A stretch of 64,000 nucleotides of DNA from an uncultured Chloroflexia bacterium (GTDB lineage: Bacteria > Chloroflexota > Anaerolineae > CG2-30-64-16): contig CAVZDU010000010.1 in the NCBI GenBank assembly GCA_963774265.1, forward strand, positions 256,001-320,000. The letters run 5' to 3'. A program made the position numbers and the translations under genes. This document shows, in pieces, positions 20,208 to 30,089 of this stretch. Every line of letters starts with the position of its first letter. Position 1 is the first letter of the stretch. The notes under the pieces were generated by a model. That model was not told the DNA's origin, ran no database searches, and saw only the letters and a program-made list of their open reading frames with translations.

Positions 20208-20216
20208 GACTAGAAT
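20188..20216 (+). promoter_or_regulatory. sigma70 promoter of tRNA-Arg
   Basis: TTGACA-17 nt-TAGAAT. Confidence 0.75.
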
Positions 20217-20224
20217 CGAATTGC

Positions 20225-20300
20225 GCCCCCATAGCTCAAAGGATAGAGCAGATGCCTTCTAAGCATAAGGTTGCAGGTTCGAGTCCTGCTGGGGGTACCA
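20225..20300 (+). tRNA. tRNA-Arg (anticodon TCT)
   Basis: Acceptor stem GCCCCCA/TGGGGGT, D-arm AGCTCAAAGGATAGAGC, anticodon loop CTTCTAA, T-loop GGTTCGAGTCC, encoded CCA. Confidence 0.96.
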
Positions 20301-20306
20301 TAACGC

Positions 20307-20343
20307 GAGAGAGGGAGGATCTCCCCAAGATCCTCCCTCTCTC
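20307..20343 (+). terminator. Perfect 16-bp hairpin after the tRNA
   Basis: GAGAGAGGGAGGATCT-CCCCA-AGATCCTCCCTCTCTC; no U-tract. Confidence 0.6.
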
Positions 20344-20577
20344 ACCTGCATCCACCCAACACCCATCGCAATCTCTACACCACACCCTCAGAAACAACGG
20401 TCGTCTCGACTCCCCCAAGTCGTCACAACCGCCAGAAGCTTACTCACACTCAACTCGAACCTTGTGCCTCACAACCTTGATCTAAGAGCAGCATAGCGCA
20501 TCCAGGGGACTGCTGTCATCAATCGAAAGTCGTGTTTTTTCTATCCGGTTTGTACGATGATTGATGTACATCTGCTG

Positions 20578-21570
20578 TTATTTTAGCAGTATTGGCGTCT
20601 GTTCGCGGGCTGACTGCAGTAGCCCCAGGATCGTCGCGACGTTGTTGCGGCTGTCACTGAGCTGGATACGCTGCGGCTTCCCGAAGACAACGGCATCGTA
20701 CAGGTCTTCCACCTCACCAAGGTAGAGCTCTTGATCCGCGAAGCGCAGCGTTTCGACAGGCCCGTCACCCCGTTGCAGATCCAGCTGACTTGCATCATCA
20801 GGCTTAAAGGCATTGCTCAGCGTGATGCAGCCTTCGCTGCCGACGAATTCCATGATCATCCGCAGCGCAGACTCGAAGCCTGAGTCAAACTGCGCGAACA
20901 CGCCGTTCCCAAAGTGCATCTGGCCGAAGAACGACATGTCCACACCGGTGGGACCCACAATCTGCCAACCAAAGACCTCTTCGGGAGCAAGCCCACCTGA
21001 GACCGCCCGTGCAAAGCTGATCGGATAGCAGCCGACGTCCCAAATGCTTCCTCCGCCCAACTCCGGCTTGAGCCTGACGTCGCCGGTTCGCCCAAGCGGG
21101 TATGTGAAACCACCCCGGATAAGCCGCAACCGGCCGATAGTCCCTGTTTCGATCAACTCACAGACCTTGAGAGTTTGTGGGTGGTGTCGATACATGAAGG
21201 CTTCAGCGATGACCACCCCATTCTTCGCGCCTGCTTCGGCAATCGCGTCAACGTCCTCGACGGTAAGCGCAATCGGCTTCTCACACAGCACATGTTTTCC
21301 CGCCTTCGCTGCCTTGATGGCCCACTCGGCATGAAACCGATTCGGCAGTGAGATATACACCACGTCGATTTCCGGGTCAGCCAACAGCGCCTCATAGCTT
21401 CCGTGGGCGCGTTCGATGCCCTTTTCCCTTGCGTACTGCTGCGCCCGCTCAAGTTCCCGGCTGGCCACTGCCAGCAACCGATTGCGAGGTGAAATTGTGA
21501 GGGGTGGGATCAGCGCGCGGTTGATACGCGCTGTCCCCAGGATGCCCCAACGAAGAACTTTTGTGTCCAT
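20578..21570 (-). CDS. Gfo/Idh/MocA family oxidoreductase
   Basis: WGILGTARI, GKHVLCEKP, EAFMYRHHP, GGGSIWDVGCY. Confidence 0.93.
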   Translation of the reverse strand: MDTKVLRWGILGTARINRALIPPLTISPRNRLLAVASRELERAQQYAREKGIERAHGSYEALLADPEIDVVYISLPNRFHAEWAIKAAKAGKHVLCEKPIALTVEDVDAIAEAGAKNGVVIAEAFMYRHHPQTLKVCELIETGTIGRLRLIRGGFTYPLGRTGDVRLKPELGGGSIWDVGCYPISFARAVSGGLAPEEVFGWQIVGPTGVDMSFFGQMHFGNGVFAQFDSGFESALRMIMEFVGSEGCITLSNAFKPDDASQLDLQRGDGPVETLRFADQELYLGEVEDLYDAVVFGKPQRIQLSDSRNNVATILGLLQSAREQTPILLK

Positions 21571-21639
21571 GGCCGGCTCCCCCTTGAACTGAATGTGACC
21601 TCTTCTTCAAATGCGCGAACGGCGCTCTTACCTGTGAGC

Positions 21640-22689
21640 TCAGGACCCAAATAGGGCCACTAACCCGCGCCACACGTCATTCCGCCAGGCTGGATAGTTG
21701 TGCCCGCCACTGTACTCGCGGTACGCCACGTCGTAACCCCGCTGCTGCAAGAGCACATGCATTCGGCGGTTTGGTTCAAGTAACCACTCGTACCGGCCCA
21801 CATCCATCCAGATCTTCAAGGGTTGAATGGGCAGATGGCGCACCATAGGGACAGTGACCGTATCCGCATTGTCCAACTCGAATGCACCCGATTGGCTGAG
21901 CACATGGCCGAAAACGTTGGCCGCCCGCAGCCCTGTGTAGAGCGCCATCAGGCCGCCCATGGATGCGCCGAGCACACCGAACGCGCCGGGATGCTTGGCT
22001 GGGTCGATCAGGTGGAGGTGCTTTTGTGCCAGCGGAAGCACCTCCATTGTCACAAGGCTGATTGTTGCATCATTGCAGGAGTACTCGATTCCGCGCGCTG
22101 GCCCCCCGTTGTCCAGCAGCGCGAGCGCAACTGGCCTTATGCGACTCTCCGCGATGAGATTATCGATGATGTGCGTAATCCGGCCCCGCGTGATGTAGTC
22201 TTGTGCATCATAGACGACAATCAGCGGTACCGGCGCATCGGTTGGCGGGCGGTAAAGGTAGACCCACCGCTTGCCGGTTGCCAGGAGCCACCTGTTTTCA
22301 ATGCGATGGCGTGATAGATTCCCTTGGTTCACTCCGGAATCGCGCAAGATAAGGGGCGTAGGCTCCGCGCCCGGCATGTAGAAGTAGTTGTTGATGTGGC
22401 CCATCCCGTTGGGCGAAGTGTGTTCGTTGAACGGATCGGTTATTCGCGCTTCGTCTATAGGTTCGATGAGGAACGCGTACTCTATGTAGGCGTCCGAGGG
22501 GAGCTTCAGGCAAAACGACCAGACTCCTGCATCGACCTGCGACCACGGCGCGGCTGCGTCAGGATCCCAGGCATTGAAGTCGCCGATAAGATACGGCGGG
22601 TGATCGCCCTCCCAGAGGAAGATCGCTTCTTCCCCATCGATGAGGGGGGTGCCCCTACTCTGTGCGCGCTCCAGGAGAGGGTGGGCCAT
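21640..22689 (-). CDS. Esterase (enterochelin esterase-like alpha/beta hydrolase) with N-terminal CBM48/E-set-like domain
   Basis: IGDFNAW, DPFN, GASMGG nucleophile elbow, SQSG, GGHNY. Confidence 0.88.
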   Translation of the reverse strand: MAHPLLERAQSRGTPLIDGEEAIFLWEGDHPPYLIGDFNAWDPDAAAPWSQVDAGVWSFCLKLPSDAYIEYAFLIEPIDEARITDPFNEHTSPNGMGHINNYFYMPGAEPTPLILRDSGVNQGNLSRHRIENRWLLATGKRWVYLYRPPTDAPVPLIVVYDAQDYITRGRITHIIDNLIAESRIRPVALALLDNGGPARGIEYSCNDATISLVTMEVLPLAQKHLHLIDPAKHPGAFGVLGASMGGLMALYTGLRAANVFGHVLSQSGAFELDNADTVTVPMVRHLPIQPLKIWMDVGRYEWLLEPNRRMHVLLQQRGYDVAYREYSGGHNYPAWRNDVWRGLVALFGS

Positions 22690-22800
22690 TGTCCCTCCGT
22701 CGATTCAAGATTCATCACCATGGTTACGACATGGGTCCGCATCCTAGCACAACGAAAGACCGCGCGCAACCATCGCGCGGTGCACTGTGCGTGGGGTTAT

Positions 22801-22829
22801 TTGGCACACTCGGCACAAATGTCTATAAT
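22801..22829 (+). promoter_or_regulatory. sigma70 promoter upstream of the GT2 leader
   Basis: TTGGCA-17 nt-TATAAT. Confidence 0.65.
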
Positions 22830-22849
22830 CAGTCGTCAAAGAGTAAGTG

Positions 22850-22898
22850 GGCGACTCGGCGCAGGTCGACTTCGATCCGCGGCGGTCGCTTTTTGTTT
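22850..22898 (+). terminator. Intrinsic terminator within the GT2 leader
   Basis: GGCGACTCGGCGCAGGTCG-ACTT-CGATCCGCGGCGGTCGCT hairpin followed by TTTTGTTT. Confidence 0.7.
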
Positions 22899-22946
22899 GC
22901 CGCTCAGCCACACACTCCCATGGCAAAAGATGCCGCGCGGCTGAGC

Positions 22947-24400
22947 ATGAAAGGGTTATCGGTTTGCTCGTTGCCTTGTACGCAGTGGTTGCGCTTTGGC
23001 TGAGCCTGTACGGGTTTCAGGCGCTTGCGCTCACTGCACTCTATCTTCGCCACAGGCGTGCCAGCTCGCCCACGGCGGCAGTGACCGAGGGCGACTGGCC
23101 CGCGGTGGTTGTCCAGCTTCCTGTATTCAACGAACGCTACGTCGTCGAGCGATTGATAGACTCAGCCGCGGCCCTGGACTATCCTCGTGATCGCCTGATC
23201 ATCCAGGTGCTCGATGACTCGACTGACGAAACGACTGCTCTCGCCGAGACGCGCGGTGCATTTCACTGTGATTCTGGAATTGACGTGCGCGTGCTGCATC
23301 GCGATAATCGGCAGGGGTACAAGGCTGGTGCGATGGCGTGGGGCCTAAGGCAAGTCGACGGGGAGTTTGTGGCCGTTTTTGATGCCGACTTTCGCCCCCA
23401 TCCTGACTTCCTTCGAAAGACTGTCGCCGCTCTCATCGCCCGTCCTGATGTGGGGATGGTCCAGACCCGCTGGTCGCATCTGAATGACGAGTATTCCTAT
23501 TTGACGCATGCTCAGTCGCTTGTATTGGATGGACACTTCGTTGTTGAGCAGACCGCTCGCAGCCGTTCTGGACTGCTGATCAATTTTAACGGCTCCGGTG
23601 GTGTATGGCGTCGTGCCTGCATCGACGACGCGGGCGGCTGGCAGGCCGACACAATGACTGAGGACATGGACCTTAGCTACCGGGCCCAGTTGGCCGGTTG
23701 GCACACCCTGTATCTGCCGGATGTGGATGCGCCCGCCGAACTGCCGGCGCAGATGGAGGCCTTCAAGCGGCAACAGGCACGCTGGGCACAAGGATCAGTG
23801 CAGTGTCTGCGTAAGCTGACCGCTCCGATTCTCCGTAGCAATTTGGCGTGGTATCAGAAGCTGATGGCGATGGTGCATATCAGTGGGTACCTGAGCCAGC
23901 CGCTGATCGTCCTCCTGCTGCTCACCCTGCTGCCGATCCTCTGGACGCGTGAGCCGACGCCCACTTTCCTCGTAGCCCTGGCAGTGGCCAGCGTCGGACC
24001 GCCTCTGTTGTATGCGGTGGCTCAGGCCGCCCTGTATAGCGACTGGAAGCGCCGCTTCACGTATCTGCCAGCACTGTTAGCTGTCGGCGCTGGAATGACA
24101 TGGAGCACGACGCGTGCCGTCTGGCAGGGCTTGACTTCTTGGGGAGGCACTTTCAAGCGGACGCCAAAATTCCGCCTCGAAGGCCGCACAGGTCATTGGA
24201 CGTCCAACGCCTACCGCTTGGGCGCAGATTGGACTGTACTGGGCGAAATTGTTCTGTTCGTGTATGCGGTGGTGACTGCAGGCGTGGCTATCGCGCGCGG
24301 GCAATACGGTATCCTGCCATTCCTGATGCTGTACGTCATCGGTTATGCTGTCGTGGCCGCAAGCACACTCTGGCAGGGTCGTGGCGCACAGGCATCATAG
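22947..24400 (+). CDS. Glycosyltransferase family 2 (cellulose/glucomannan synthase-like, membrane-bound)
   Basis: QLPVFNE, LDDSTD, GYKAGA, FDADF, QTRW, TEDMDLS, QQARW. Start uncertain: ATG 22947 is 1 nt out of frame (probable indel); the ORF track gives GTG 22847. Confidence 0.88.
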
Positions 24401-24444
24401 TTTATAGGGTCGACTGCTATCTGGAATTCTCTGGAGACGAAATT

Positions 24445-25218
24445 ATGTGGCATCGCGCTTGGATCCTCATTTTATCTGTCATCGTTGCGCTTATTCTGAT
24501 GGCGCTCGCCGCGTTTGCACAAACGGCTGGTCCAACTGACACGGGAGGTGCCTGCTCAGCGGCCACTCCGTGCACCGACACGCCGCCGACGACTGGCGCG
24601 TTGAGGCTTGGCGCTTTAGCCGTCGAGGCCTCCGCTCCGGTTGGCGAGCAAGCGTCCGCACAGGAGCCCGCTAACTCCGGTTTCGGCCTGGCTTGGGCCG
24701 TAATGGCTGTGCTGATCGTGGCCTTGCTCTACGCGCTTGTAGCAGCCGTGCTAACTTCAATCGGTCGTGAAGCCCCTGTGTTCCCGGGTGGATCGAGTGT
24801 GTTCATTCCGCTCCTGTCCGTGCTCGGCCTGGGCGTCGCGCTCTACCTGACCTATGTCGAAACACAGAACGTTGCTGCTGTATGTGGTCCTGTGGGTGAC
24901 TGCAACACGGTCCAGGCGAGCCCGTTTGCCGAGTTGTTCGGGTTCCTCCCAGTCGGCTTGCTGGGGGCAGTGGGTTACGTAGCAATCCTGATCTCGTGGT
25001 TTGCACGGCGGCGATCTGAGGGAACAGTGGGCCGTCTTGCGCCACTAGCGGTTTTCGGCATGGCACTCTTCGGTGTGTTGTTCAGCATCTATCTGACCTA
25101 TCTTGAGCTTTACATAATAAAAGCAGTGTGCATCTGGTGCTTGACATCGGCTGTGATTATGTCGTTGGTGTTGGCGTTGTCGGTGGGGCCTGTCGTGGAG
25201 ACGCTGCAAGCGGAGTAG
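24445..25218 (+). CDS. Vitamin K epoxide reductase (VKOR) family protein
   Basis: CGPVGDCNTVQASPFA loop cysteines and CIWC redox motif; ATG 24445 after GGAG. Confidence 0.88.
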   Translation: MWHRAWILILSVIVALILMALAAFAQTAGPTDTGGACSAATPCTDTPPTTGALRLGALAVEASAPVGEQASAQEPANSGFGLAWAVMAVLIVALLYALVAAVLTSIGREAPVFPGGSSVFIPLLSVLGLGVALYLTYVETQNVAAVCGPVGDCNTVQASPFAELFGFLPVGLLGAVGYVAILISWFARRRSEGTVGRLAPLAVFGMALFGVLFSIYLTYLELYIIKAVCIWCLTSAVIMSLVLALSVGPVVETLQAE

Positions 25219-25300
25219 AGCACCCGAAGTTGCTCGTGAACCCGCACCGTAGTACAATCATTGCGTTGCTAAGTTCTAACCGATTCAAAGGAGAGACACG

Positions 25301-25786
25301 ATGTTTAGCAAGAACCTTGAGGCGGCGATCAACGATCAGATCAAGCATGAGCTGTACTCTGCTTACCTCTACCTGTCGATGTCGGCTCACGCCGCGTCCA
25401 ATAACATGCCGGGTGCGGCCAAGTGGCTCGGCAAGCAGGCGCAGGAAGAGCAAGGGCATGCGATGAAGTTCTATGGTTACGTCCATGATCGTGGCGGCAA
25501 GGTCACTCTTCAAACCATCCCGCAGCCCCCGGCCGAGTTTACTTCTCTGCTCGACATCTTTGAGCAGGTGAAGGGGCACGAGGCTCAGGTTACGAGCCTG
25601 ATCAATCGCCTCTACGAGATTGCGCTCAAAGAGAACGACTACGCCAGCCAGGTCATGCTTCAGTGGTTTGTTACTGAGCAGGTCGAGGAAGAAAAGAATG
25701 CAGCGACTATTGTGGACGCACTGCGTTCGGTGGGTACCCAGGGAGCCTCCCTGTTCATGGTGGATCGCTGGCTGGGCGAGCGCTAG
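25301..25786 (+). CDS. ftnA: Non-heme ferritin
   Basis: QIKHELYSAYLY, EEQGH, HE, QWFVTEQVEEE ferroxidase residues; RBS AGGAG. Confidence 0.95.
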   Translation: MFSKNLEAAINDQIKHELYSAYLYLSMSAHAASNNMPGAAKWLGKQAQEEQGHAMKFYGYVHDRGGKVTLQTIPQPPAEFTSLLDIFEQVKGHEAQVTSLINRLYEIALKENDYASQVMLQWFVTEQVEEEKNAATIVDALRSVGTQGASLFMVDRWLGER

Positions 25787-25821
25787 GCAGCATCCCTCAG
25801 CCCGGCCGCAACAGTGAATGG

Positions 25822-25868
25822 CGCTGATCCCTGCCGGGCAAACCGGAAGGGATCAGCGTTTATCATTT
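25822..25868 (+). terminator. Terminator after ferritin
   Basis: CGCTGATCCCT...AGGGATCAGCG followed by TTTATCATTT. Confidence 0.7.
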
Positions 25869-25931
25869 AGGCGGCCTGTGAGTTTCTCTTGGACCCCCGG
25901 CCTGGGCGGGGTGGAGAAAAGAGATCACGTA

Positions 25932-27251
25932 ATGGGACCGGTTGCGGTTGAGATCTTGGTCATATTTTTCCTATTACTAGTTAACGGACTACTCGCGATG
26001 GCTGAGATCGCTGTCGTGTCATCGCGCAAAGTCCGGCTACATCAGCGCGCTGAGGACGGCGACCCGAGTGCAGCTGAAGCACTCGAACTGGCACGAAATC
26101 CTGACGAGTTCCTCTCGACCGTGCAGATCGGCATCACCCTGATTGGCATCCTGGCCGGCGCGTTTGGTGGCGCGACGCTGAGCGAATCCCTGGCGGCAAC
26201 GCTAAACACCATCCCTCTGTTTGCACCGTTTTCCGGTCCGCTGTCGGTCGCTGTTGTGGTCGCGACAATTACCTTTTTCTCCCTGGTGATCGGTGAGCTG
26301 GTTCCAAAGCGAATCGGCCTGAACTCGCCCGAGAAGATTGCCATGGCCGCAGCCCGGCCCATGCGCATCTTGTCAACCATCACCAAGCCTCTCGTGTGGT
26401 CGCTCACCTTGACGAGCGATCTTTTAGTGCGCCTCCTGCATCTTGGGAAGTCCGGCGAACCCAGCGTCACCCAGGCGGAAATCGAGGGCATGATTGAGCA
26501 GGGGGCGCAGGCTGGCGTCATATCGGAAGCCGAAAGCGAGGTGGCGCAAAGCGTGTTCCGGCTGGCCGAACGGCGGGTTGGAGCATTGATGACGCGTCGA
26601 ATGGATATCGCGTGGCTCGATGTGGATGAAGGCCGCGAGGAAGCGCGCGATGTAATCACGAAATCTGGTCACTCGCGATATCCTGTGTGTCAGGGCCGTC
26701 TCGACAATGTGCTCGGGATCGTTGAGTCGCAACAGTTGCTCGTTGCACTTCTGACAGAGCAGCCACTTGATTTGCACAGCATGCTGCGCCTGCCGCTTTT
26801 CGTGCCCGAGACCCTACCTGCAGTACTACTTCTGGAGATGTTCTACGCCAATGCTCAGAGCATGGCGATTGTGATGGACGAATACGGGGGCACGCAGGGT
26901 CTCATCACCCTGCATGACCTGCTCGAAGTCCTGTTCGGCGATGTAACCGAGCCGGTGGAGGAAGTCGCGGCCCGCGCCATCCAGAGGGAGGACGGCTCCT
27001 GGCTCTTCGATGGTATGCTTCCTGTCGAAGACTTCCGCGACCTTCTCGATCTGGATGTTCTGCCCGGCGAGATTGACAATACCTTTGAAACGCTAGGCGG
27101 TTTCGTCATGTCCCACCTCGGGCGTATCCCCGCGGTGACAGACGCGTTCGACTGGAATGGTATGCGTTTTGAAGTGGTGGATATGGATGGGCGCCGGGTG
27201 GACAAAATCCTTGTTAGTCCGTTGGGAAGCCAATTCACGACTGGCGGGTGA
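25932..27251 (+). CDS. Hemolysin/CNNM-CBS-CorC family membrane protein
   Basis: AMAEIA, LSTVQIGIT, GELVPKR, HSRYPV, DEYGGTQGL, TLGGF, VVDMDGRRVDK. Confidence 0.93.
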   Translation: MGPVAVEILVIFFLLLVNGLLAMAEIAVVSSRKVRLHQRAEDGDPSAAEALELARNPDEFLSTVQIGITLIGILAGAFGGATLSESLAATLNTIPLFAPFSGPLSVAVVVATITFFSLVIGELVPKRIGLNSPEKIAMAAARPMRILSTITKPLVWSLTLTSDLLVRLLHLGKSGEPSVTQAEIEGMIEQGAQAGVISEAESEVAQSVFRLAERRVGALMTRRMDIAWLDVDEGREEARDVITKSGHSRYPVCQGRLDNVLGIVESQQLLVALLTEQPLDLHSMLRLPLFVPETLPAVLLLEMFYANAQSMAIVMDEYGGTQGLITLHDLLEVLFGDVTEPVEEVAARAIQREDGSWLFDGMLPVEDFRDLLDLDVLPGEIDNTFETLGGFVMSHLGRIPAVTDAFDWNGMRFEVVDMDGRRVDKILVSPLGSQFTTGG

Positions 27252-27305
27252 GGACCAGAGGATACGGATTGGTAGCGGACGATTGCCCCACAATTCGTAT
27301 ACAAG

Positions 27306-27335
27306 TTGACACCGTTTGCCGCGCTGCGGTATAAT
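27306..27335 (+). promoter_or_regulatory. Consensus sigma70 promoter of acnA-icd
   Basis: TTGACA-18 nt-TATAAT. Confidence 0.8.
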
Positions 27336-27434
27336 CGGCAATCAATCGTTGCCTTTCAAATCACGCGAGCTTTCGCATCCCGTTCTGGCCTGCGGTGGCT
27401 CGCGTGATTCGCTGTTGGGAAAAGGAGCGCAAGC

Positions 27435-30085
27435 ATGGACATTTTCGGCACCCGGGTCCGCCTGCCTGGCGCAAGTGAGCCGGTCTATCTCTATCGCCTG
27501 GATACGCTTGAAAAGAACGGATTCGGTTCGGTGTCCCGCCTGCCGTTCTCGATCAAGATTCTGCTCGAGGCCTTACTGCGGCAGGTCGATGGATTCGCTG
27601 TCACGGCTCAGGATGTGGCTCGGCTTGCCGGCTGGGATCCCAAGAATCCGTCAGAAATGGAACTCCCCTTCAAGCCCGCCAGGGTCATTCTGCAGGACTT
27701 TACAGGCGTGCCTGCGGTGGTTGATCTTGCGGCCATGCGCTCCTCAACCGCTCGGATGGGTGGCGATCCAAAGCGCGTGAATCCCCTGATTCCGGTTGAT
27801 CTCGTTATTGATCACTCCGTACAGGTCGATCAGTTTGGTTCGCAGGCTGCGCTCCTCTTCAATGCGGAGCGCGAGTTCGAGCGCAACCGCGAGCGATATG
27901 AGTTCCTTAAGTGGGGGCAAAAGGCGTTTGACAACTTCCGTGTTGTCCCGCCGGCCACCGGCATCATCCACCAGGTCAATTTGGAGTACCTGGCGAAGGT
28001 GGTGCAGATCGGGCGCGACGAGGGTGACCTCGCAGCCTATCCAGACAGTCTTGTGGGCACAGACAGCCATACGACCATGATTAACGGTCTGGGCGTTTTG
28101 GGTTGGGGTGTTGGCGGCATCGAGGCGGAAGCCGTGATGCTGGGACAACCCATCTACATGCTGGCGCCACAGGTGATCGGTTTCAGGTTGACCGGTGAGT
28201 TGCCCGAGGGAGCGACTGCCACCGACCTGGTCCTGACCGTCACGCAGACGCTGCGTGCACGCGGCGTGGTCGATAAATTCGTGGAGTTTTTTGGCCCAGG
28301 GCTTTCGTCACCTGAGCCTGCCCGACAGAGCTACGATAGCCAATATGGCGCCTGAATACGGCGCCACGATGGGCTTTTTCCCCGTGGATCAGGAAACGCT
28401 CAATTATCTGGCGCTCTCGGGCCGCCCCGAAGGTCTCGTCGACCTGGTCGAGCGCTACACCAAGGAACAAGGTCTTTTCCGAACCGAAGATACACCGGAT
28501 CCGGTTTTCACGGATACTTTGGAACTGGACATGCGGACGGTCGTCCCCAGCATGGCCGGGCCACGACGGCCCCAGGACCGCGTCTTGCTGAGCGGCGTGA
28601 GCACCAGCTTCCGCAAGGCACTCCCTGAGCACGCACCGGCTGCCCAGGGTGAGTTTGGCAACGGCAGTGCGGTCATTGCGGCCATTACTTCGTGTACCAA
28701 CACCAGCAACCCCAGCGTGATGGTTGCCGCCGGGTTGTTGGCCAAGAAAGCGGTCGAGAGAGGACTGCAAAGCGAAGCCATGGGTCAAGACTAGCCTTGC
28801 CCCAGGCTCCAAAGTCGTCACTCGTTACCTGGACGAAGCCGGCTTGACCCCCTACCTGGACAAGCTCGGATTCCAAACGGTGGGCTACGGCTGCACCACG
28901 TGCATCGGCAATAGCGGTCCCCTCCCAGCTGATACCGCCGCGCAGATCATCGAGAAGGACCTGGCGGTCGCTGCCGTTCTCTCCGGCAATCGCAACTTCG
29001 AGGGCCGCGTTCATCCGCTGGTGCGCGCCAACTATCTGGCAAGTCCGCCACTAGTGGTCGCGTACGCGCTCGCCGGCACGGTTGATATCGACCTGGCTCG
29101 CGACCCGCTCGGTATGGATGGTGCCGGTGCACCTGTGTATCCTTCGAGACGTCTGGCCGAGCCAGGATGATGTGCAGCAGACGATTCGCGCAAGCCTGCG
29201 CCCGGAGATGTATCGGCAGCAGTATGCCAACGTGTTCACGGGTAATGAGATGTGGAACGCCGTGGCCGTTCCGGAAGAGGACTCCTACCGGTTTGACCCG
29301 AATAGCACGTACATCGCGGAGGCGCCGTACTTCTTGAACCTGGCTACAGAGCCTCGGTGCCGGCTGACATCGTGGGCGCCGCGGTATTGGCATTCCTGGG
29401 GGACAGCGTCACGACGGATCACATCTCGCCGGCTGGCAACATCGCTACAAAGAGCCCTGCCGGTCAATACTTGCTGGCATGCGGCGTGCAGGAGATCGAT
29501 TTCAACCAGTATGGTACGCGGCGCGGCAACCACGAGGTGATGGTTCGAGGCACGTTCGCCAACATCCGTATCCGCAATCGCCTCGTGCCTGGCGTAGAGG
29601 GCGGCTATACTGTTTTCCAGCCGACTGGCGAGCAGATGTCGATCTATGATGCCGCAATGAAGCATCAAGCGGCAGGCACCCCGCTCATCATCATTGCAGG
29701 CAAGGAATACGGCACCGGATCAAGCCGTGACTGGGCCGCAAAGGGACCCTACCTGCTGGGTGTTAAGGCCGTGATTGCCGAAAGCTTTGAGCGCATCCAT
29801 CGAAGCAACCTGGTGGGTATGGGCATCTTGCCCTTAGTATTCCTGCCGGGTGCGAGTGCGGACAGTGTCGGCCTGACCGGGTTCGAGACGTTCGATATCC
29901 TGGGCCTGGTCGATGCAGACATGACTCCGAAGCAAGGATTCACCGTGCGTGCCACGGACGCACGCGGGAATGTCAGGGAGTTTCAAGTCCAGTCACGCAT
30001 TGATACACCGGTGGAAGTGAATTACTACCGTAACGGCGGGATTCTGCAGACAGTGCTGCGCCAGATGCTCGAAGGGGTGAGGTGA
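27435..30085 (+). pseudogene. acnA: Aconitate hydratase AcnA, split by 4 single-base frameshifts (~28303, ~28770, ~29141, ~29355); probably consensus errors
   Basis: Five consecutive ORF pieces carry [61 protein letters not shown] and [10 protein letters not shown] in order. Confidence 0.93.
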
Positions 30086-30089
30086 CATA

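Noticed and set aside
20225-22689. Genomic island integrated at tRNA-Arg
   Set aside because: No integrase, no att duplication seen, and the downstream genes are ordinary.
25804-25822. IRE-like CAGTGA loop in the ferritin 3' region
   Set aside because: The flanks do not form the 5-bp upper stem with a C bulge, and a 6-mer is expected by chance.
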